A stretch of 39,074 bases of DNA, taken from the NCBI GenBank assembly GCA_022866545.1, contig JALHUO010000041.1, positions 1-39,074 of the forward strand, in the 5' to 3' direction. Shown piece by piece: positions 8,018 to 17,133 of this stretch. The notes beneath the pieces were generated by a model that did not search any database, was not told the origin of the DNA, and saw nothing but the letters and a program-made list of their open reading frames with translations. This stretch comes from Dehalococcoidia bacterium. GTDB lineage: Bacteria; Chloroflexota; Dehalococcoidia; GIF9; AB-539-J10. The translations under genes were made by a program, and so were the position numbers. Position 1 is the stretch's first letter. Each line of letters opens with the position of its first letter.

Positions 8018-11000
8018 ATGAAAAAAGGCACATTGACGAGTAGAATCCTTGGGATCTGGCTTGTATCCGTAATGATTGTGGCGACGCTTGGAGGGTTATC
8101 TGGTTCGGTACACAGAGTGGAAGCCTCTCCGGCGATCATCTATGTCCCGGATGACTATTCGTCAATTCAAGCTGCGGTTGATGCGGCAGTGGCGGGCGAC
8201 ACAATCGTGGTTCATGCTGGCACACACCAGGAGCACGTCACCTTGTACAAATCCCTGGTTGTGCAGACTGACGAAGGGGCAATTATTGATGGTGGAGGCA
8301 GTCTATCCACGGTAACTATCACCGCTGCAGGATGCACCGTGAGCGGCTTCAATATCACTGGCTCAGGTTCCCACCCCAACGAAAATGCCGCCATAAGAAT
8401 TGACTCAACTAGTAATAACATATCGGGCAATACTATTTGGGGAAACAAAGGGGATGGCATTCTGCTCCATGGCGGAGAGAACGTCATAATGAATAATCTT
8501 ATCTCTGAGAATGAAGGAAATGGGCTCTACGTGGACTGGGCTTATGGAAACACTATCGAGGGCAATACAATTTCAGGCAATGGCGACTACGGGCTATACC
8601 TACGTGGCGATAACAACATTCTTCGGCACAATGTTATGAGCGGTAACGGCCGCAACTTTGGCGTCGATCGCCCCTATGACAACGATGTGGACACTTCAAA
8701 CACAGTAGACGGCAGGTTAGTCTACTACCTCGTCGGCGTGGAGGATGCACTGGTAGACTCTGCCAGCAATGCCGGCTATGTGCTTGCTATCGATTCACAG
8801 AACATAACCGTCAGAGACCTAACCTTGGCCAATAACGATAGGGGGGTCTACTTGCATGGCTGCTATGATTGCCTGGTTGATAACGTCACTGCCCAGGACA
8901 ACGATTATGGCATATACCTACAGGAATCCTCGTATTGCACGGCACAGAACTGCACAACTGCAGGCGATAATGTGGGTATCTATCTCAGTGGCTCCATTGG
9001 CAATCTCATAGCTGACAATATCGTTCAGACTAGTGACGGCACTGGTATTGTACTGGATAGTTCCGATGGCAACTTCTTAACTGGCAACATTGTTCGAGAT
9101 AATCAGTCAGGAATCGGCCTATCGGGTTCATATGATTGCCGGATTGAGCATAACCTGGTTGCTCAGAATGAATATGATGGCGTATCTATAGACAGCGGCC
9201 GTGGCCACCTTATTTATGGAAATACCATTTACCAAAACGGCTATTATGGTATAACGATGGGGGGTGAAGGTAATGATATACATCATAATAACTTCGTAGA
9301 TAATGGCGAGAATGCCAGGAGGTGGAGTGGTGAGGGGTCCAATTCCTGGGACGATGGCTCTGAGGGCAACTACTGGAGCGACTATAAAGAAAGATATCCA
9401 GATGCTGAGGAGATAGATGAGACAGGCATTTGGGATACACCTTATGAAATTCCGTATGATACTGGTGATAAGGACAATTATCCATTGGTGGAGCCTTTTG
9501 ACACTCTAATACCTCACCAGCCACCAAACGAACCCGGTAACCCCTCCCCCGCAGACGATGCCATTGGCGTCTCAATAAATGCTGACCTGAGCTGGACAGG
9601 AGGAGACCCTGACCTTGGAGATACAGTGACCTACGATGTTTACTTCGGCACCAATGAGACTCCTCCCCTCAAGCAGACCATCGGGCCATATCCGGCGGCC
9701 CAATCTTCTATGACCTATGATCCAGGCCCGTTGGCCGGTGCCACGACCTATTACTGGAAAATAATCGCCACCGACAGTCACGGCATATCTACGGAAGGGC
9801 CTCTCTGGGATTTCACTACTACGACAATCATCTGCGTCCCCGCCGATTATCCCACAATTCAGGCTGCGGTGAATGCGGCAAGCCCTGGCAATGCGATAAT
9901 AGTTCGGGCTGGAGTATATCAGGAGCAAGTCACCTTGTATGAATCCGTGATTCTGCGAAGTGATGAAGGTGCCACCATTGACGGTGGCGGCAGTCTATCC
10001 ACTGTAACTATCACCGCTGACGGATGCACCGTGAGCGGTTTCAATATCACCGGCTCCGGTTCCCACCCCAACCAGAACGCCGGCCTCAGAATTGACTCAA
10101 ATGGTAATACCATATCAGGGAACACCATTTGGGGAAATACAGAAAGCGGCATCCTGCTCAATGGTGAAGAGAACACTATACTGAATAATTCTATCTGGGA
10201 AAATGGAGGCGATGGGCTCTACGTAAGCTGGGGTTATCGAAACACTATCGAGGGTAATACAATTTCAGGCAATGGCAAGTATGGGCTCTACGTGGGCTGG
10301 GGTTATGGAAGTACTATCGAGGGCAATACAATTTCAGGCAATGGTGGGTACGGGCTATACCTGCGTAGCGATAACAACATTCTTCGGGACAATGTCATGA
10401 GCGGTAACGGCCGGAACTTTGGCGTCGATGACCCGTACCACAACAATGTTGACACTTCAAACACAATAGACGGCAAGCTAATCTACTACCTCGTCGGTGT
10501 GGAAGATGAGGTAATAGGCTCTGCCAGCAATGCTGGCTATGTGCTTGTTATCGACTCACAGAACATAACCATTAGAGACTTGGCCCTAGCCAACAACGAT
10601 AAAGGGGTCTGGTTGTATGGCTGCTATGACTGCTTGGTTGATAACGTCACTGCCCAGGACAACGATTATGGCATATACCTACAGGGGTGCTCATATTGCA
10701 CGGTGCAGAACTGCACGATCTCAGGCAATGGGCAAGGTATTTATCTCAGTAGCTCTATCGGCAATCTCATAACCTGCAATATCGTCCAGACCAGCGAGGA
10801 CACTGGCATTGCACTATATAGTTCCGATGGCAACTTCCTGACCGGTAACATCGTTAGAGATAATCAGGCAGGAATTAGACTGGGGTATTCATACGATTGC
10901 CGAATTGAGCATAACCTGGTTGCTCGGAACGAATACGACGGCATATCTATAGATGGAGATGGCCACCTTATTTATGGAAATACCATCTCCCAAAACGGCA

Positions 11001-12718
11001 ATTGTGGCGTAAGAGTGTGGTCTACTGGCAGTGGTGATATTCATCATAATAACTTCGTAGATAACGGAGACAATGCCCGGAGCTGGAGTAGCGAGGGGCC
11101 TAATTCCTGGGACGATGGTGCTGAGGGCAATTACTGGAGCGACTACGGAGAAAGGTATCCAGATGCTGAGGAGATAGATGGAACAGGCATTTGGAATACC
11201 ACTTATGAGATTCCGGGTGATGGTGGCGACAAGGACAATTACCCATTGGTCGAGCCTGTTGAGACTCTAGTACCCAACCAGCCACCAATGGGACCTGGTA
11301 ACCCCTCCCCCGCAGACGATGCCATTGGCGTCTCAGCAAGTGCCGACCTGGACTGGATAGGAGGAGACCCCGATCCTGCAGATACTGTGACTTATGACAT
11401 CTACTTTGGTATCAATGCGACTCCACCTTTGGAGGAAACCATCGGGCCGTATCCGGCAACGCAATCTTTAATAACCTATGATCCAGGCACGCTAGCCGGT
11501 GCCATGACGTATTACTGGAAGATAATCGCCACCGACAGCCATGGTATGTCAGCAGAAGGGCCTCTCTGGAATTTCACCACACAGTCCTCGGCACCGAGCA
11601 TTACCGTTACCTGTCCCAATGGAGCTGAAAACTGGACTGTCGGAAGCACCCAGACTATCACCTGGACATCTTCTGGAGTTACCGGGGATGTTCGTATCGG
11701 CATCTCTCGTGACGGGGGTTCAAGCTGGTCTGACTTCATAACCGATACAGCTAATGATGGCAATGAGAGCTGGATAGTAACCGGACCGGCAACTAGTCAA
11801 GCCAGGATAAGGGTAATGAGTGCTTCAGACGGTGGAATATGGGACATGACGGATGGGAATTTCGTCATTGATGTTGAAGTCTGGGTGGTAGCGATGGTGG
11901 CAGACGCCGGGGTGGAAGGAAGGAATGCCAATCTTGAATTTGGGATGTATCCTAATGCCACGGATGGATACGACTGTGGCACCGATCTACCCAGTCCACC
12001 TCCAGAGCCGGGTGTCCTGTTTGAAGGGTACTTCTCGATCATTGACCCGTTGTTTCCCGGACTGAACAAGGACTTTCGGGGTGAGATACCCAACGTGTGG
12101 ACGCTAACAGTAAAGTCAACAGATCAGGATATCGAGCTGACTTGGGATGCCAGCGGTATTCCATCGGACCTCTGGCCTCTCATGGACACGGGAATAGGGA
12201 AGATAAATATGAAAACTCAAGATAACGTAGTCCTGAGTCCCGGGCAATACACTATAACGATTTCAGTGTCGGAAGAGGTTGAAATAGAGTTATCCCTGCA
12301 GGCTGGCTGGAACATGGTCTCTGTACCCTTAGCGTTAGCAGACAACTGGCCCAGCGCAGTGTTCCCCGGAGTGGCTGGTATCTTCGCCTGGAACGCTACC
12401 AGCAGGAGTTACTACGTTCCTACAGTGATTGAACCCGAAAAGGGCTACTGGGTGGCAGTAACCGAGAATACTACGATTACCATAAGGGGGACCCCAATTG
12501 ACACCTGGACAACTGATATCAATGCAGGCTGGAATATGATTGGCTCAGTCATCACTGTTGCCAGCATCGTTGACCCTAACGATGACCCTGATGGCAGCGT
12601 AATACCCACCGCCTACTGGTGGAATCCGGTGAGCAAGTCATATGTCCTCACTACTGACATCGAGCCAGGGAAAGGCTACTGGGTAGCAGCGCTCAATGAT
12701 TGCATACTGACACTGTGA
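8018..12718 (+). CDS. Secreted giant protein (1,566 aa). Two tandem NosD/pectate-lyase-like parallel beta-helix + FN3-like units, an Ig-like unit, the MVADAGVEG module, then the shared C-terminal module
   Basis: GGAGG (8006-8010) lies 7 nt before ATG 8018. The N-terminus looks like a signal peptide (MKKGTLTSRILGIWLVSVMIVATLGG..HRVEA). PbH1-type repeats are present (NTIEGNTISGNG.YGLYL, HHNNFVDNG.NA). FN3-like units read PSPADDAIGVS...TTYYWKIIATDSHG. The C-terminal 144 aa are shared with three neighbouring genes. Confidence 0.93.
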   Translation: MKKGTLTSRILGIWLVSVMIVATLGGLSGSVHRVEASPAIIYVPDDYSSIQAAVDAAVAGDTIVVHAGTHQEHVTLYKSLVVQTDEGAIIDGGGSLSTVTITAAGCTVSGFNITGSGSHPNENAAIRIDSTSNNISGNTIWGNKGDGILLHGGENVIMNNLISENEGNGLYVDWAYGNTIEGNTISGNGDYGLYLRGDNNILRHNVMSGNGRNFGVDRPYDNDVDTSNTVDGRLVYYLVGVEDALVDSASNAGYVLAIDSQNITVRDLTLANNDRGVYLHGCYDCLVDNVTAQDNDYGIYLQESSYCTAQNCTTAGDNVGIYLSGSIGNLIADNIVQTSDGTGIVLDSSDGNFLTGNIVRDNQSGIGLSGSYDCRIEHNLVAQNEYDGVSIDSGRGHLIYGNTIYQNGYYGITMGGEGNDIHHNNFVDNGENARRWSGEGSNSWDDGSEGNYWSDYKERYPDAEEIDETGIWDTPYEIPYDTGDKDNYPLVEPFDTLIPHQPPNEPGNPSPADDAIGVSINADLSWTGGDPDLGDTVTYDVYFGTNETPPLKQTIGPYPAAQSSMTYDPGPLAGATTYYWKIIATDSHGISTEGPLWDFTTTTIICVPADYPTIQAAVNAASPGNAIIVRAGVYQEQVTLYESVILRSDEGATIDGGGSLSTVTITADGCTVSGFNITGSGSHPNQNAGLRIDSNGNTISGNTIWGNTESGILLNGEENTILNNSIWENGGDGLYVSWGYRNTIEGNTISGNGKYGLYVGWGYGSTIEGNTISGNGGYGLYLRSDNNILRDNVMSGNGRNFGVDDPYHNNVDTSNTIDGKLIYYLVGVEDEVIGSASNAGYVLVIDSQNITIRDLALANNDKGVWLYGCYDCLVDNVTAQDNDYGIYLQGCSYCTVQNCTISGNGQGIYLSSSIGNLITCNIVQTSEDTGIALYSSDGNFLTGNIVRDNQAGIRLGYSYDCRIEHNLVARNEYDGISIDGDGHLIYGNTISQNGNCGVRVWSTGSGDIHHNNFVDNGDNARSWSSEGPNSWDDGAEGNYWSDYGERYPDAEEIDGTGIWNTTYEIPGDGGDKDNYPLVEPVETLVPNQPPMGPGNPSPADDAIGVSASADLDWIGGDPDPADTVTYDIYFGINATPPLEETIGPYPATQSLITYDPGTLAGAMTYYWKIIATDSHGMSAEGPLWNFTTQSSAPSITVTCPNGAENWTVGSTQTITWTSSGVTGDVRIGISRDGGSSWSDFITDTANDGNESWIVTGPATSQARIRVMSASDGGIWDMTDGNFVIDVEVWVVAMVADAGVEGRNANLEFGMYPNATDGYDCGTDLPSPPPEPGVLFEGYFSIIDPLFPGLNKDFRGEIPNVWTLTVKSTDQDIELTWDASGIPSDLWPLMDTGIGKINMKTQDNVVLSPGQYTITISVSEEVEIELSLQAGWNMVSVPLALADNWPSAVFPGVAGIFAWNATSRSYYVPTVIEPEKGYWVAVTENTTITIRGTPIDTWTTDINAGWNMIGSVITVASIVDPNDDPDGSVIPTAYWWNPVSKSYVLTTDIEPGKGYWVAALNDCILTL
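8126..11583 (+). repeat. In-frame tandem duplication (~1.70 kb + ~1.76 kb) inside CDS 8018..12718
   Basis: Copy A (about 8126-9822) and copy B (about 9823-11583) align colinearly. The offset is 1,692 nt at GTCCC..GATTAT (8143 vs 9835) and 1,761 nt at GCAGACGAT (9551 vs 11312). Copy B therefore carries about 23 extra codons, roughly one extra beta-helix rung (NTISGNGKYGLYVGWGYGSTIEG). Compared stretches look roughly 85-90% identical at nucleotide level by eye. Confidence 0.9.
11878..12283 (+). repeat. 'MVADAGVEG...LEFGM...DGYD...SPPP.PG.LFE.YFSI...KDFRG..PN.WTL...STD.DIEL.WD' module, copy in CDS 8018..12718
   Basis: It aligns with 23627-24030 in CDS 23528..25075 at both protein and nucleotide level (for example GATGGTGGCAGACGC.GGGGTGGAAGG). 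Confidence 0.85.
12284..12718 (+). repeat. Shared C-terminal module, copy 2 (IELSLQAGWNMVSVP...KGYWVAALNDCILTL)
   Basis: This is a dispersed direct repeat of the 3' ends of the neighbouring giant genes. It has the same length and the same reading frame relative to the stop codon. Confidence 0.95.
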
Positions 12719-12735
12719 ACAAGGGAGGTACGGCA

Positions 12736-15700
12736 ATGAGAAACAGCAAATTGATAGGCAAAGTCTTTGGGACTGCACTTGTATTTGTGCTGATTGTCTC
12801 AGCGATTGGAGACCTGCCTGGTTTAGCAAGCGGGGCAGAAGCATCTCCGGGAGCCATTTATGTCCCTGATGACTGTTCAACGATTCAGAATGTGGTGAGT
12901 GATGCAAAAGCGGATACATGGGTTGAGGGGCATATAATCGAGGATACGACATGGACACTTGCAAACTCCCCCTATCTTGTCACCGGCGATGTATTTGTAG
13001 ATGAAGGGATAACCCTAACTATTGAGCCCGGTGTGATTGTAAAATTTGGCGGATTTATCAGCATATATGTTAGTGGAGATTTGTATGCGGTTGGCACAAG
13101 TGCAAATAAGATCACTTTCACATCAAATAAACTCTCCCCTGAAATGGGTGACTGGAATACAATTAAATTCCAAGGTGATGAGGATGAAACCCTCATTATG
13201 AAATATGTCATGGTAGAGTATGGAACCTATGGTGTAACCATAAGCAGTATAGGAGACAGTCTGATTGACTTCTGCGAATTCTATAATAATGCCAAGGGGA
13301 TATACGTTATCAGCCAAACCAATACTCAAATAAAAAACAACACCATTAAACTCAATCAAATAGGAATATCGAGCGAAGGGGAAGAGGTCTCAGACATAAC
13401 TGTTGTCAGCAATATAATTTCAAACAATACGGGTCGTGGGATTTACTTACTTGCAAGTAACCTACATGATATAACAATAACTGGTAATGCTATTCGCTCA
13501 AATAAGGACTCAGGCATTTACTTGAAGGCCGATGCCTACCACTCCTACATCTGGAATGTAACAATTAGCGATAATGCAGTCTCTCTAAATGGTGGTTCTG
13601 GTATTTACTTGAACGCCTATTCCTTCTATTACGACTCCCCCTGCTCGTACATAAATGATACAACAATCATCGGTAATACAGTTTTCTCAAATAGTGGTTC
13701 TGGTATTTACCTATACGCTCCTACTACATACACTCACTCCTACATTTATGATGTAACAATTAGTGACAATAACGTCTATTCAAACAATGGTTCTGGTCTT
13801 TACTTATACGATGAATCTAGGAGCTCCAATGTATATGATGTAACAATCGTTAACAATACTGTTTCCTCAAATAGCGGCTCAGGTATCTACTTCTATGTCT
13901 ACTCCGCTGCTTTTCTCGGCGAAAGCTGCTCCTATACCTACAATATAACAATCAGTGATAATACTGCGTCCTCTAATGGTGATTCTGGTATTTACCTATA
14001 CATTCCTTCCTATTACTCCTATACTTATAACATAATAATCAGTGATAATACTGCTTCATCTAACGATGGCTCTGGTATTTACCTATACGCTCCAGCAAGC
14101 TACTACTCCTATATATATGGTGTAATAATCAGTAATAATACTGCTTCTTCAAACGGCGGCTCTGGCATAAGAACCCATTCTACCCGTCATTACACCGAGG
14201 TAGAATTCGACATAACAATGCATAATAATTATGTATATTCAAACAATCATGGAATATACATTTCTGGTGGGTCTAAGACACATATTACAAATAGTTCCAT
14301 ACATACAAATGCATTAGGCGTCTTATATGACAGGACGACTGGTAACTTCGCCTCCTTTAACAATGTATATCAAAATGACTATGGCATGAATGTAACAAAT
14401 GGTGCAACTGTAAAAGCGGAGCAGAACTACTGGGGTGATCCAAGTGGACCATATCACGTATCAATGAATCCTTATGGTAAAGGAAACCCAGTTAATGGAA
14501 ATGGTGCAGATTTGGATTTCATACCATTTTTCAGTTCGCCAGTAGAAGACGATACCACCCCACCAAATTGTGTTATTGAGCTTCGTGGGCACGGCATTAA
14601 CTTTCAGATAGATAGAGTTGATGTAGGAGAATTCTTTGACATCTACGTTGGGGTTTCTACCGATGATACAGGCATTACCAAGATCCGCTTCTCAAGCGAT
14701 GATTCCCAAGATAATACCCCAACTGGTGAATGGACGGAATGGTATGATTGGGATATATCTTTAGGAGATTGGGATGCAGCTACCAAAATTAAAGGGTGGT
14801 GTTTTGCCACAGGTGGCAAGAAGGAGGTTTGGGCAGAGGTAAAAGATGATGCAGGCCAGACAGACGCAGAGGCAGCCAATGTCAAGACTGCCTATACGCC
14901 AGATCCATGTGGATACCGATTTATAAATCGAGGTGTGCAAAAAAATATCTGGTGGACTCCTACTAATGAAGGGTTAAGCGAAAGTACTAAGGAACGGATA
15001 TTCGACGAAGTCTTCGATCAGGGCGCCATCAAAGACGATGATACCAAGATGAAGCTGATGGACGAGTTCGGTTTGGGGCCCAAGGATGCTTCCTTCTCAG
15101 GAGGCAATTGCTATGGCATGGCGGTCTCTTCCCTTATGGAGTATGGCTACCCAGACCACGATCCATTTGGCCTTGGGCCACAAGAGGGACTGCCGATATA
15201 CGAGTTGAATAAAGATGGACAAGATCCACAGGAGGTCATTCAAGATGGACACACGCGATGGGATGCAAGCGACGCGAACGGGGGGATAGTGGAAAACCCT
15301 GTGCTCGAGCGGATTCTGAAATTCCAGGTTTCTCAATTCGGCCTGCCTAACCAGAACAACAAGAGCGACTATTCAGCTAACCCTACAGCACTTGTACCCT
15401 TTCTAAGTGCCGAAATAAATAACAATAAGATGTATGTTGTACTAATTGGCTATTACGAATCAAAGGGTTGGTGGATATTCAAGAGCTATGATTATCATGG
15501 CCACGCATTGATACCCTACCGTGTTGATCAAGCAGAGAACAGAATATACGTGTACGATTGCAACCATCCTGCTGATCTTGACTACTTTATCGACGTCTCC
15601 GGCGGAAAGTGGGAATATAACCTAGGGTGGACCACCTGGCCGCCAGACAATGCGGTAGATGCGGGTATTAGCATCGTTCCTGTCGACACGCTTTATGACG

Positions 15701-17091
15701 ACGGACTGCAGACTGTGGTACCTATGGGTGGGGACATTCACGGAGCAGCATTCTTCATGGAGGGAGACGGTAATTTGGTTCTTTCTGATTCCGAAGGAAG
15801 GATAACAGGTTTTGTCGAAGGCATCTTCTTGAAAGAGCTACCAGGAGTGGAAAGAGTCGATCGCATCAATGCCCTTACTGATGAGAACGGAGACTATTTG
15901 TCACAACAAATATACTTTGTGGATGATGACAAGCAATTAACCTCCACTGTACAGGGAACAGGACCTGAGTCATACTCACTGACAAAGTTCGGGCCAGGCT
16001 ATTTTGGTGATGTTTCCAGCTCTTTCAGCGAGGATGGGGAGATTCACACTATTACCCTCTCATCTGTCCAAGCTAAGTTATCCTTCTCTAGAGAGGCGGA
16101 ACTGGAAGATACCTCGCTCCGCCAGAGCGGAGGGCAGACGACCTACAGCATAACGCTCCATAAGAACACAGGGGGCACAGGTCAAACTGCCTCGGTGGCG
16201 GATGTCCCTGTGCCTGTTACGTCCGGAGCCACACATGACTATACTATCGACTGGGACGCCCTTGCCGCAGGCGAAGCAGGGGTCAATATCGAGATAGATT
16301 CTGACGGAGATGGCCAACTTGATGCGAACATCGTTACAAGTCAGCCAAACATACCTTCAAGTCCATCGCCGGTAGGCCATGCCACAGGCGTAGATATGAA
16401 TGCTGACCTTGCCTGGGTTGGTGGAGACCCCGATGCTGGGGATACGGTGACTTATGATGTTTACTTTGGAACCAACTCAAGTCCGCCTTTTAAGGAGACG
16501 ATCGGACCTTATCCGGCAACGGAGTCTTCGATAACCTGCGATCTGGGCCCGTTAATGCCTGGCACTACCTATTACTGGCGGATAGTCCCCAGGGATAACC
16601 ATGGCATCACTAGAGAAGGGCCTGTGTGGGAATTTACTGTCGAAGGGGAGGAAATACAATTATCGCTGCAGGCTGGGTGGAACATGGTGTCGGTACCTGT
16701 GACGCCAGCAGACAATTCCACAGGTGCTGTGTTCCCCGGGGTGGCCGGTATTTTCACCTGGGACGCTACCAGCAGGAGTTACTACATGCCCACGGTAATT
16801 GACCCTGAAAAGGGCTACTGGGTGGCAGTCACCGAGAATACTACAATTACTATAAGCGGGTCTCCACTAGAGACCTGGACAACTGATATCAAGGCGGGCT
16901 GGAATATGATCGGCTCCGTGAATACTACTGCGAGCATCGCTAACCCGAGCGACGATCCTGATGGATCTGTCATGCCAACTGCGTACTGGTGGGATCCAGA
17001 GAGCAAATCATATGTCCTTACAGCGAACATAGAGCCGGGGAAAGGATACTGGCTAGCATCGATCAGTGACTGCACACTGACTCTGCCATAG
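12736..17091 (+). CDS. Secreted giant protein (~1,451 aa). AT-rich Tyr/Ser-rich parallel beta-helix, Ig-like unit, putative Cys-His-Asp papain-fold peptidase-like domain, FN3-like unit, shared C-terminal module
   Basis: The ORF is open from 12700, but GGAGG (12724-12728) sits 7 nt before ATG 12736, and 12700 overlaps the upstream gene. The signal-peptide-like N-terminus is MRNSKLIGKVFGTALVFVLIVSAIG..GAEA. There are about 12 'SGIYLY/SNxGSGIY' beta-helix repeats. Candidate catalytic residues are GGNCYGMA (Cys 15109-15111), YHGHALIPY (His 15496/15502) and VYDCN (Asp 15556). Confidence 0.9.
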   Translation: MRNSKLIGKVFGTALVFVLIVSAIGDLPGLASGAEASPGAIYVPDDCSTIQNVVSDAKADTWVEGHIIEDTTWTLANSPYLVTGDVFVDEGITLTIEPGVIVKFGGFISIYVSGDLYAVGTSANKITFTSNKLSPEMGDWNTIKFQGDEDETLIMKYVMVEYGTYGVTISSIGDSLIDFCEFYNNAKGIYVISQTNTQIKNNTIKLNQIGISSEGEEVSDITVVSNIISNNTGRGIYLLASNLHDITITGNAIRSNKDSGIYLKADAYHSYIWNVTISDNAVSLNGGSGIYLNAYSFYYDSPCSYINDTTIIGNTVFSNSGSGIYLYAPTTYTHSYIYDVTISDNNVYSNNGSGLYLYDESRSSNVYDVTIVNNTVSSNSGSGIYFYVYSAAFLGESCSYTYNITISDNTASSNGDSGIYLYIPSYYSYTYNIIISDNTASSNDGSGIYLYAPASYYSYIYGVIISNNTASSNGGSGIRTHSTRHYTEVEFDITMHNNYVYSNNHGIYISGGSKTHITNSSIHTNALGVLYDRTTGNFASFNNVYQNDYGMNVTNGATVKAEQNYWGDPSGPYHVSMNPYGKGNPVNGNGADLDFIPFFSSPVEDDTTPPNCVIELRGHGINFQIDRVDVGEFFDIYVGVSTDDTGITKIRFSSDDSQDNTPTGEWTEWYDWDISLGDWDAATKIKGWCFATGGKKEVWAEVKDDAGQTDAEAANVKTAYTPDPCGYRFINRGVQKNIWWTPTNEGLSESTKERIFDEVFDQGAIKDDDTKMKLMDEFGLGPKDASFSGGNCYGMAVSSLMEYGYPDHDPFGLGPQEGLPIYELNKDGQDPQEVIQDGHTRWDASDANGGIVENPVLERILKFQVSQFGLPNQNNKSDYSANPTALVPFLSAEINNNKMYVVLIGYYESKGWWIFKSYDYHGHALIPYRVDQAENRIYVYDCNHPADLDYFIDVSGGKWEYNLGWTTWPPDNAVDAGISIVPVDTLYDDGLQTVVPMGGDIHGAAFFMEGDGNLVLSDSEGRITGFVEGIFLKELPGVERVDRINALTDENGDYLSQQIYFVDDDKQLTSTVQGTGPESYSLTKFGPGYFGDVSSSFSEDGEIHTITLSSVQAKLSFSREAELEDTSLRQSGGQTTYSITLHKNTGGTGQTASVADVPVPVTSGATHDYTIDWDALAAGEAGVNIEIDSDGDGQLDANIVTSQPNIPSSPSPVGHATGVDMNADLAWVGGDPDAGDTVTYDVYFGTNSSPPFKETIGPYPATESSITCDLGPLMPGTTYYWRIVPRDNHGITREGPVWEFTVEGEEIQLSLQAGWNMVSVPVTPADNSTGAVFPGVAGIFTWDATSRSYYMPTVIDPEKGYWVAVTENTTITISGSPLETWTTDIKAGWNMIGSVNTTASIANPSDDPDGSVMPTAYWWDPESKSYVLTANIEPGKGYWLASISDCTLTLP
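16654..17091 (+). repeat. Shared C-terminal module, copy 3 (IQLSLQAGWNMVSVP...KGYWLASISDCTLTLP)
   Basis: This is a dispersed direct repeat. It has one extra C-terminal Pro compared with the other copies. Confidence 0.95.
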
Positions 17092-17133
17092 TTGCTAGGC
17101 ATTAGTGGATAGCATAAGAAAGAGGTGCCAGAA

